Shown here piece after piece: positions 38,130-46,373 of a stretch of DNA of 64,000 nucleotides. Each line of letters starts with the position of its first letter. Positions within the stretch are counted from its first letter, which is position 1. Under the pieces are notes generated by a model, which ran no database searches, was not told the origin of the DNA, and saw nothing but the letters and a program-made list of their open reading frames with translations. The DNA lies in the IMG/VR virus record IMGVR_UViG_3300012982_000018, positions 2,423-66,422 of that record. One strand, given 5' to 3'. The DNA comes from a virus. Both the position numbers and the translations under genes were made by a program.

Positions 38130-40865
38130 TTATTTCTTGATACCGGACAGCTCTTGTAGATCCTTTAGGGGGATGCCAAGGCCGTTGAAATCTTCTGTAA
38201 GCGGCGAGGACTGACCCTCTTCATCGCGTGGAGTGATTCCACGACCGCCATTTACCGCGCGACGAACACGCGCGCGAACTGACCCTAAAGTTTCAGGATC
38301 ACTGTGGACACTATCAAATCTTTCAAGAAGACTATCGATGTCCGACTTAGACTCTACTTTTACAGATTCAAGGACAGGACGCAACTTTTCTGATTTAGGG
38401 TTACCTACAAGCTTTTTCTCAGCATAGAGGCGCAACCCTAGGTCCTTGTTTATTTGAAGCGACTTTTCCAAAGCCTCTTCTAGCTTCGAAATACGCGTCT
38501 CGTATTGCTTCTGCGCCGCAGTTAGCTTTTGCTCGGCAAGCTCGGCAACTCTGGCTTTCTGAGACTCTTCCTTTCTAGAAACTTCCTGCTTCTTAGAAAG
38601 GGTCCCACAAATAGATTCCATCTTGGACTTAAGCTCATCAAGATTCTTGTAGGTATTTACGTCTCCTAGAAGCTTACGAACCAGGTCTCCGTCAGGGTTT
38701 CCTGCTAGATTGCGCTCTAGGAAGAAACGGTAGCCGGCCTCGCGCGCCTTCTGGCTTACAACCTTAAGGTCATCTTGAAGGGTTTGAACTTTAAGCTCTG
38801 ATTCAGCAAGGCTCTTCTTCAAGGAAGAGATTTCTTCATCCTTATGCTTTACTATTTGGGAAGCTTCCTCAGAAAGACCATAGGGCTTCAATAGGGAACA
38901 AATTCCTTCTAGAGCGGTCTTTGCGCCGGCAACAGAGGGGTCGGAAAGAAGTTCGCCGCGAACCTCATCCTTCAATTCCGTCTTAGCCTTGGCTACGGCG
39001 TTTAGAAGGTCAGTCTGGTATTGATCCCGGAGTTTTTCCCGCTCTTCTTTACGGGCGTCCTCGATCTTGCGGGCGACGTCTTCATTAGCAGTAGCGGTTT
39101 CCTTAACAGCCATTACAGGCTTCTCCTTACTTTCAAAAAATACATCCGGATATGCATTACTATCCGCCGGTTCGGCAACGAAGTCAAATGTTACAAGCCG
39201 ATAATCATCTTGTACGACATCTTTGCCGCTCTCGTCTTGTTTAGTAGAGCCGTAACCTCTGGACGAAACCCCTATCGCGCAACCCGATTTTAGAAGTTCC
39301 TTTAGCGTCTTGCCGCGTTCTGTGTCTAGAACTTCAGCTTCGCCTACCACCACGCCATCTTCTATGGTCAAATTCGTAATGACGTGAGACACTCGGGCGA
39401 GAGATGTACGGCCGTCCGAATTACCAGTCCAATACGTTCTACCGTTGTGCTCAACATAAAAGTTACCACCAGTAACTGATAGGCAGTAGATGTTCCCTTT
39501 ATGCGAGACTTCCTCTATTTTCAGGAATCGAGGATCTAGGTAAATGTGGTCGGTCTGAGATATATGGAGTTGATATAGCGGAACCTTATTTTCAACTTTT
39601 ATCGTGTGATCCGCGAACTCGTAATCACGTGGCGATTCTAGTTTAGAAATCGTCCCGTTGCCGCCCGAGCGGATTAGACACTCCTGCAGGCCTTCAATAA
39701 GCACTTTGGAAACCGAAAAAACGTCTTTTCGTGTTCCTGTGAGGTTCTCTTCGCGCAAGAGGGCTGCGGCTACCGCCTTGAACGAGGGGCCCCCCGCTTC
39801 CCAATCCGGATGATCGGAAGGGTCATGGACTTTCACCATGCGACCATCGCCAATACCGTACCAGAATAAAAATTCTCTCAAAGCGGACGGATTAAGCTTC
39901 TTTACTTCCTCAGGAACATACTTGTCATAACAAGTTCCAAAACGCTTCAAGTAGTTGTACAGCCGCGCATCCGATAGATAGAATCCTGACTTATGTTCAG
40001 CCCAGCTTAGTTCCTTAGGAAACTTACTAAGAACTTCTTCATAGATATATTGATGCGACCAGTCATTCTTCTGGGCTATGAAGACTCCATAGCCGTCGCC
40101 CGATTCCGCAGCGCAGTAGCCCTCCGCCAGATAAAGCCCCATAAAAGCGGCAAATAGCGAAGCATCGAGCGCCAACGGTTTGGATTGGTCATTCTTTGCT
40201 CTCGGATGGGCATCCGTAGTAGCCGGTATGCTTACTACCGAGGGCCCCTCCGTAAACCATTCGCTATTTTTAGGAATAGCGCTATGAGAGTACTTGCCTC
40301 TGTTTTGAGCAATCTCTGCAATAGTTACATATATTTCAGGGCTGTCACTTCGATCCGCACGCTGCTTCAGCAAGAGCCTATGACCGGGCGTAAATGTAGA
40401 ATCAATGCCACGGCCTTTGACGTGATAAGCGAGACCTTCATAGGGCTGATTCACAATCCCCGTCACTGTCGACAGGACAGCTTTCCCGTCCTTACGGGAC
40501 CAGACCCTATCGCCTTCCTTTATCTCGGAAAAAGGCTTCCAACCGGAAGAGGTCAGAACCCTGAAGTCGGAATCCGTAAAACACGGATGATCGCATTCCC
40601 CTAATACCTTTTTCTCGGCTAAGTTCTTCGATAGTCTACGAAACTCGCGCTCCCAGAGCTGCTTTGGGTAAACTCGATTGTTCTCCGTCGCCATATTGCA
40701 ACGACCGAATTCGCCTCGAACAACAACCTTTCCTTTTGTTCCCACCCCTTCAATAACTTGAAGCTTGATAGGGCGACAATCAATCAGAAGGCGCGTTCCA
40801 GGAGCCGATTCGACCTTAGGAGGCTCTGTGAGTACCTGCGATGTATTGTCTAGTAGCGTTGCCAC
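38130..40865 (-). CDS. Prohead protease (gp21-like) fused to a scaffold-like coiled coil, with an intein (523 aa after splicing)
   Basis: ENNRVYP, GECDHP|SDG, GEAEVLDT..G, GVSSRGYGS, FDFVAEPA; E/K-rich helical C-half. Confidence 0.9.
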   Translation of the reverse strand: MATLLDNTSQVLTEPPKVESAPGTRLLIDCRPIKLQVIEGVGTKGKVVVRGEFGRCNMATENNRVYPKQLWEREFRRLSKNLAEKKVLGECDHPCFTDSDFRVLTSSGWKPFSEIKEGDRVWSRKDGKAVLSTVTGIVNQPYEGLAYHVKGRGIDSTFTPGHRLLLKQRADRSDSPEIYVTIAEIAQNRGKYSHSAIPKNSEWFTEGPSVVSIPATTDAHPRAKNDQSKPLALDASLFAAFMGLYLAEGYCAAESGDGYGVFIAQKNDWSHQYIYEEVLSKFPKELSWAEHKSGFYLSDARLYNYLKRFGTCYDKYVPEEVKKLNPSALREFLFWYGIGDGRMVKVHDPSDHPDWEAGGPSFKAVAAALLREENLTGTRKDVFSVSKVLIEGLQECLIRSGGNGTISKLESPRDYEFADHTIKVENKVPLYQLHISQTDHIYLDPRFLKIEEVSHKGNIYCLSVTGGNFYVEHNGRTYWTGNSDGRTSLARVSHVITNLTIEDGVVVGEAEVLDTERGKTLKELLKSGCAIGVSSRGYGSTKQDESGKDVVQDDYRLVTFDFVAEPADSNAYPDVFFESKEKPVMAVKETATANEDVARKIEDARKEEREKLRDQYQTDLLNAVAKAKTELKDEVRGELLSDPSVAGAKTALEGICSLLKPYGLSEEASQIVKHKDEEISSLKKSLAESELKVQTLQDDLKVVSQKAREAGYRFFLERNLAGNPDGDLVRKLLGDVNTYKNLDELKSKMESICGTLSKKQEVSRKEESQKARVAELAEQKLTAAQKQYETRISKLEEALEKSLQINKDLGLRLYAEKKLVGNPKSEKLRPVLESVKVESKSDIDSLLERFDSVHSDPETLGSVRARVRRAVNGGRGITPRDEEGQSSPLTEDFNGLGIPLKDLQELSGIKK
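39420..40583 (-). mobile_element. Intein in the prohead protease (388 aa), LAGLIDADG type
   Basis: Starts CFTDSD, block B TPGH, FMGLYLAEG and WYGIGDG, ends YWTGN, +1 Ser. Confidence 0.9.
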
Positions 40866-41016
40866 CGAAATTTCCCTCTTAGGGGGGTACGAGATAGTGT
40901 AGAATCTTTCTTTTTTACAGTTCTCGATTTCCGCTTGAAAGCTTTATCGTGAAAGTTAATCAACTCTTTACGCCCACTAGCATAGGCCGAACGCCTTAAA
41001 CGTGCGGCCTCACTAG

Positions 41017-42402
41017 CTAGCGTCGCGCTTTTCCCTTTTTGGACTGCCCTTTGAAGTTGCGAGATTCGACCTTGCCCTTCTTCATGACACCGTCACCCTT
41101 GACACGAATGGCATCCGCCGAGGAACCGCCGTGTCCGGAATCGTTATCCGTGGCAATTTCACCATTCTCTGCTTCATCGTCCTCATCGCGCTGAGAAACC
41201 TTCTTACCAAGAAGTTTTGCCGACTCGGCCGAGGTATCGACGACGTCTTCTTCAACATCCTCTACGTCCTCATCGTCCTCATCGTCCTCATCGTCCTTAT
41301 CGTCCTTATCGTCCTCATCGCTTTCGTCCGACTCGTAGGCTTCATCGCCTTCTACAGACTCATCGTCTTCATCAGACTCATGGTCCGCGCCCTTCTTGTC
41401 GCGCTTGTGCATGTGCGAAAGGAAGTCGTCATCGTCGTCATCGTCGTCATCGCCATCGCCATCGTCATCGCCGTCATTGTCGCCGTCGTGATCCATATCA
41501 CCATCAGCGTCACCGACTTCTTCATCGCCCATACCAGACATGGCCATTTCGTCCTCTTCACCGGACTCCATGCCATCGTCCTCATCACCTTCGCCGCCTT
41601 CATGGCCTAGCTCATGACGGTGCTTCTTTACAGGCGCGCCATCATCTACGTCATGGCCCCTCTCATGACCCATCTCGTGGTCATCGTCCCCTTCGTGACC
41701 GTCCTCATGATCGCCTTCATGGTCATCGTCGTGACCATCCAACTCGTCGTCATCGTTGCCCTTCATCATGGCATCGAGTTCCTGCATAAGCTCCAGGCCC
41801 TCACAAGCCATCTGCGCGTGCTCGCGGAATTTCGCTTCTACACGGGCATAGTCGATCTGCGGACCACGACCTTCGGAAAGATGGGTCTCAAGCTTCTTCG
41901 CAATACGATCGGCTACTACAGCACGCTCCGAAAGATACCTACCAATGCCCATAAGCTCTCTCGAACCCTGGCTCTCACCAAGAGCCTTGAACTTACGGCC
42001 AAGAGTCTTGTAGATGTAGGCAATATCCGAGAAGCCTTGAACAATGTCAGTATCCGCTTCGGCATTCAGATCGCTTAGAATCCCCTGAACATCTTCAACA
42101 AGATTCGAGATGCGGTCCATTCCGCTTACAAGTGCCGAACCCTTCGAGACAACCGCGCCAAGAGTCGAAGCCGACTGGCGGTTATCACCGTTGAATTCAC
42201 GAGCCGCAGAAAGAAAACGGCTGAGGTCGGTGTCACGACTCTCTTTCTTCGGAGCCTTGCCGATACCCAGCTTGGCGCTCTTCTTGCCCTTCTCCTTAAG
42301 GACTTTCTTGCTCTTTTTCTCTACCTTCTTTCCTTCTGAAAGAGGCTTAAGACCCAGTTGCTTGTAGTCTTCATCAAGGGAAGTGAAAGGCCCTTTGAAC
42401 AT
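41017..42402 (-). CDS. Very acidic, His-rich prohead-core-like protein
   Basis: D/E/H low-complexity C-half; lies between portal and protease as T4 gp67/gp68 do. Confidence 0.65.
   Translation of the reverse strand: MFKGPFTSLDEDYKQLGLKPLSEGKKVEKKSKKVLKEKGKKSAKLGIGKAPKKESRDTDLSRFLSAAREFNGDNRQSASTLGAVVSKGSALVSGMDRISNLVEDVQGILSDLNAEADTDIVQGFSDIAYIYKTLGRKFKALGESQGSRELMGIGRYLSERAVVADRIAKKLETHLSEGRGPQIDYARVEAKFREHAQMACEGLELMQELDAMMKGNDDDELDGHDDDHEGDHEDGHEGDDDHEMGHERGHDVDDGAPVKKHRHELGHEGGEGDEDDGMESGEEDEMAMSGMGDEEVGDADGDMDHDGDNDGDDDGDGDDDDDDDDDFLSHMHKRDKKGADHESDEDDESVEGDEAYESDESDEDDKDDKDDEDDEDDEDVEDVEEDVVDTSAESAKLLGKKVSQRDEDDEAENGEIATDNDSGHGGSSADAIRVKGDGVMKKGKVESRNFKGQSKKGKARR
41272..41320. repeat. 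9-bp tandem repeat (ATCGTCCTC/T) x5 inside the acidic gene
   Basis: Read directly; encodes (D/E/K)DD units. Confidence 0.85.
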
Positions 42403-42416
42403 CTGTTTAGATTCTC

Positions 42417-43337
42417 CTACGATTTTGTTTCCGCAAGACGCCGAGCCGTTTCTTTGAGGAAAGCTCCGGCAAGTTGGTAAGCGAATAAATTCTCTGCAAT
42501 AGCGTCGTACACTATGCCAAGTGACTTAGCGTTAGACAAGTTTTTTCTCGATGTAGTTATACAATCAAGGACTTCATCTATATCTTTAGCTAAGTCTTCG
42601 CTAAATTCAAGAAGAAATATTCCCTGTTCCGCGCCCCCAAGACCCGCATCTTCAGAAAGGTTAGCTTTTATAACTGTAAGGCCTTGTGATATTACGTCAC
42701 GCGCCTCTCTTAGTCTTCCTATAACATCCTTCAAGTCTGAGGTAACTAGCTCCATATAGTTATGAACCTCTTCAGGTTTTATGGATCCATCATACAGTTT
42801 AGAGAATTTGGTGGTAAGTCGTCCTTCATCTATCAGCTTTAAAGTAGGTGACAGAAAAGTACGGATTTTGCCTAGGCGCTCTGTATAAGAGTCCTTCCAA
42901 AACCTAGGATGATTCAATCTATCTACTACAGCCTCTGCTACTAGCTCTTCTTCCGACTTATCGAAATCATCAGGAAGTAGTCTGAATAGCCGCAGTATAT
43001 CTTCTACCTGAATCGAATCGGATTCATTTGAAAATACCTTATTTACTAGTTGTTGCGCCTGGTGCCCGGCAGCAGCCAATCTCGCGTTTCGGCTGAGAGG
43101 ACCTATATCGGCAGGCTCTACGGAGAGGATCTTAGGCTCACCTGATTCGGTGAGTTCGTATTGAGCCCTGAACCCTCTATTGTCTTCAAGTTGAAGTAGG
43201 GCATATCCCGTAAACGTGTTCAGCACTCTAGGCTGGCAGACCTTCCCGAAAAATCGCTCTGAGTGCTTAGCCGCTTCCTCATGAAGACCGGCTATAATAT
43301 ACTCCAAACTACCCTTTTTAAGTTCGTCTTTACTCAT
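42417..43337 (-). CDS. Hypothetical head-module protein
   Basis: 306-aa helical ORF abutting the portal stop. Confidence 0.65.
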   Translation of the reverse strand: MSKDELKKGSLEYIIAGLHEEAAKHSERFFGKVCQPRVLNTFTGYALLQLEDNRGFRAQYELTESGEPKILSVEPADIGPLSRNARLAAAGHQAQQLVNKVFSNESDSIQVEDILRLFRLLPDDFDKSEEELVAEAVVDRLNHPRFWKDSYTERLGKIRTFLSPTLKLIDEGRLTTKFSKLYDGSIKPEEVHNYMELVTSDLKDVIGRLREARDVISQGLTVIKANLSEDAGLGGAEQGIFLLEFSEDLAKDIDEVLDCITTSRKNLSNAKSLGIVYDAIAENLFAYQLAGAFLKETARRLAETKS

Positions 43338-46300
43338 TAGAATTTCCTCGGCATAGCTTGTCTTAGATCTGACAGGAGCAGTGATAACTCCTTCATACGC
43401 CCTGCAAGCTCTAGATCATTTTTTAGTAGTTTCTCTAGCTTAGCTTCTGCTCTCTGTTCTCCAGCTCGCGACCCTTCGAATAGGGCCTTCTCACTTAAAA
43501 ACCGCCCAACAGGACGGCCATTGCCATGAATCCACGCGCCATTCTGTTTGGCGATGGATTGCACTAGGGCCTCTGCTCCAGGGGGAGGCGGAACTTTAGG
43601 AGAGCCAGAAGGACCTTGCGGCCCCTGTGGGGGCGCGGCACCGCCCTGCTCCCCTGGTGGTGGGACTCCATTTTGTTCCATAGAGGCTCCAAGAATTTCC
43701 TGCATCTTGGCTTGAGCCTCGCCTTGATACTCCGCTATGCGAACAGCATCCTCCTTCTTCTGCTGGAAGAGCAGCTCGATGTCATCGTCGCTAAATCCAA
43801 GAATCTTGGAAAGCATCCAGTGATGCGACACAAACTCGCCCAATCGCGCACACAAATCCGCTTTCGCGTTCTCGGCTTCGATTTGCGCTAGTTCGAAAAT
43901 AGACGACGGTACCGTCATCTGGATCTGATAATCTTCAGAGAAAGGATCCAATCCAAGGGCCGACAAATGCACACGCAACACCTTGTCGAAACCCGTCTTC
44001 AACTCCGACTGCAGTCGCAGAATCGTTCGGCAAAACCGAACGTCTTGCGCACTAAGAACAGCGCGAACTACTCCCTCTTCCATTCCCAAGTAGGCTTTAG
44101 GAATCTTGAGCGCGGCAAACATCATTTGCCGGAAATATTCTAGGTCGTCTACACTGTTATGTACGATGACCCCTGCATCGATAGCAAAGTTATGATGCTC
44201 GTCTACCGTAAGGTCGTAAACGGGTATACGCACGTCTAGCTTTCTTACGGAAACTACTTTGTGGTTTTTGAGCGACCTACTCTGTTTTTCTCTGTTACGC
44301 TCGGTTTGGCTCTTGTACACTGGCTTCCTATTTTTGGAAGCGGCGCGACCCTTTGCAACCCATCCAGGTATGTGAACGCGGGCGAATTCGCTCCAGGTGA
44401 TCCCTTCTGCCTTCAAAACCTTTTCGATTACGTTCTGCGAAATGACCTTACGACTTATAAGGTCTCTCATCGATTTAGCCCCTGCAGAACTAACAACTCC
44501 AGCCAATTGCGCGACGTTCATCTCCACCCATCGGGCATTCTTTTTACCGGTCACTCGCTGGATGTGGTCTGCGCTTTGATTCCACGCCGTCAAACGCGCA
44601 CTGGCGGCTTTGTGCTGTTTAGGATCCGACATGTGCGCCACCATTCTTGCTTTGTGTAGCGCCTGTCTAGCGGTGTCAGCCTTCCAGAGTGCTCTTACCT
44701 TTTTCCGATACTGCGGAGTTCGCTTGGCCGCTGCAGCTCTCTCCTTGGCCTCCGGCGTATGCATGTACTTAACGTACTCTGCATGCTCTTTACCGTGCTC
44801 CTTGCGGCTAAGACCTTGTAGATTATCTGGACGATTGTCCAGCTTAGAATGATTCACATGATGAATTATCTTTCCATCTTTCCACAACCTTTCAGGAGAG
44901 CCATGAATACTCTCATAAACAGCATGGTGTGTGTAGACGTACTTATCACGGGAGGGATCGTAGACTTGCTCATACCCGTGCAAGTAGTCTCCTAGCTTCT
45001 TATCGGAAGTCCTCTTATACAGAGGCATCAGCGATGTCCCTGTTGATAGGTTCTCCGCAAGAATCCATTCACCATTTCTACTTAGAAATGGGTGATTTCC
45101 GGTGCATACTATTTTTTCATCATTGTCCAATACTACTTCGTAAACCTCAGCATTTTCGTTTGAGATTCTAGCGGAGTGGGCACGTCCCGGAACGATATGT
45201 CCTTCCTTGTCTACAGAATAGACCCAATACTCTCCTTCTCTTTCCGAAAGTTCCTTAATCGTAGGAGAACTACCATCCAATAGAGGGACTTTAGTTTCCC
45301 CGGCAAGACACTGCCAGCTCGGAGCGCCTAGAACTTCGATCTTGCTGCTGGCTTCGCCTTTCCTTACAGGGATGTAGATATCATCACTAGGAGAAATTAT
45401 GTCGAACTTTAGGTCTATTTTGCCAGTAGCCGGGTTGATGTACTTCTTTTTCCTGTTCTGCTGCCGAACCTTATTTAGGAAACCAAGTGCTTCAGGCGGA
45501 GGCAAATCGCCGATTTCCACATAGTAGGCGAAGCGTTCTGGAGCGCGCTGCAAACGATAGATGAATGCCGCATCCTCCAATAAAGTAAGGCGCTTCCAGA
45601 TCCATCGAGCGGCCTCTAGCTGTGATAGGCCGTAACAAGAGCGCCGTTTGCTGCCTCGGAGTCTAAAGTGAACAACTTCCCAGTCCTCAAGAGCAGAAAC
45701 AAGATCAAAGTCTGAATTTCCAGCATACTGCCCGCCTTCTCCTCCACCATTAGGGTCAAAGCGGCGATCCAGTATCTTCTTGAAGTCATCTTCCGTATAT
45801 CCAATTTTCCCTGTGAAGTCTTGAATAAACCCAAATAGCTCTCCTCTGGGCCCTTCGATGCGCCGCATGGTTTCAGGCGGAAGGTAATTGAGACCTATTA
45901 CACCTTCATTGGTAACTAGTATCTCCTCGTAGTCATTGCCCATATGCGCAGATGTTCGGGCGATCTCCCAAAGCTCCTCATCAATGCGAAGAGTTTTGTG
46001 AAAGAGCTTGTCCCCTATCTCGGCAATACGCTCGTTCTTAGAAGTAATCCACAAGGCACGGCCGGTCCTTATGTCTGTTTGCGAAGCATCGTCCGCGAAC
46101 AAGTCAAGCGCGGCCGAAACTAAGGGGTACTCATTCATTTCCGAGTAATCGACGTATCTAGTAAGGATGTCTTGGTCTTGCTTAAGATATTCGGCTAGCG
46201 CGCTGTGCCCGTAAGACTGAAGAAGATCGAAAGATCCATGAGGCGCGGCAGAGGTGGCGCCCTTGGAAATCTGCATCGCCGCGCGAGACTTATCTCGACG

Positions 46301-46345
46301 GAAAGCACTTCTTATTCTTGAAGAAAGATTGCCTATGAATCCCAT
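43337..46345 (-). CDS. Portal protein (T4 gp20-like) with an intein (617 aa after splicing)
   Basis: YPLVSAALD, VVHFRL, EDAAFIYRLQRAPERFAYY, DDIYIP, DLEYFRQMMFAALKIPKAYLG. Confidence 0.92.
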   Translation of the reverse strand: MGFIGNLSSRIRSAFRRDKSRAAMQISKGATSAAPHGSFDLLQSYGHSALAEYLKQDQDILTRYVDYSEMNEYPLVSAALDLFADDASQTDIRTGRALWITSKNERIAEIGDKLFHKTLRIDEELWEIARTSAHMGNDYEEILVTNEGVIGLNYLPPETMRRIEGPRGELFGFIQDFTGKIGYTEDDFKKILDRRFDPNGGGEGGQYAGNSDFDLVSALEDWEVVHFRLRGSKRRSCYGLSQLEAARWIWKRLTLLEDAAFIYRLQRAPERFAYYVEIGDLPPPEALGFLNKVRQQNRKKKYINPATGKIDLKFDIISPSDDIYIPVRKGEASSKIEVLGAPSWQCLAGETKVPLLDGSSPTIKELSEREGEYWVYSVDKEGHIVPGRAHSARISNENAEVYEVVLDNDEKIVCTGNHPFLSRNGEWILAENLSTGTSLMPLYKRTSDKKLGDYLHGYEQVYDPSRDKYVYTHHAVYESIHGSPERLWKDGKIIHHVNHSKLDNRPDNLQGLSRKEHGKEHAEYVKYMHTPEAKERAAAAKRTPQYRKKVRALWKADTARQALHKARMVAHMSDPKQHKAASARLTAWNQSADHIQRVTGKKNARWVEMNVAQLAGVVSSAGAKSMRDLISRKVISQNVIEKVLKAEGITWSEFARVHIPGWVAKGRAASKNRKPVYKSQTERNREKQSRSLKNHKVVSVRKLDVRIPVYDLTVDEHHNFAIDAGVIVHNSVDDLEYFRQMMFAALKIPKAYLGMEEGVVRAVLSAQDVRFCRTILRLQSELKTGFDKVLRVHLSALGLDPFSEDYQIQMTVPSSIFELAQIEAENAKADLCARLGEFVSHHWMLSKILGFSDDDIELLFQQKKEDAVRIAEYQGEAQAKMQEILGASMEQNGVPPPGEQGGAAPPQGPQGPSGSPKVPPPPGAEALVQSIAKQNGAWIHGNGRPVGRFLSEKALFEGSRAGEQRAEAKLEKLLKNDLELAGRMKELSLLLSDLRQAMPRKF
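44156..45310 (-). mobile_element. Intein in the portal (385 aa), HNH type
   Basis: Starts CLAGETKV, block B TGNH, IHHVNHSKLDNRPDNL, ends VIVHN, +1 Ser. Confidence 0.92.
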
Positions 46346-46373
46346 ATATACGCCTTTTTTGCAGCCTTATGCC

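Noticed and set aside
40965-41020. Imperfect hairpin (AGGCCG/CGGCCT) before the protease gene
   Set aside because: Short core, several bulges and no U-tract; could be chance
41131-41789. Plus-strand ORFs with IVLIVL or RPHRPH repeats
   Set aside because: Alternative-frame readings of the acidic repeat on the minus strand
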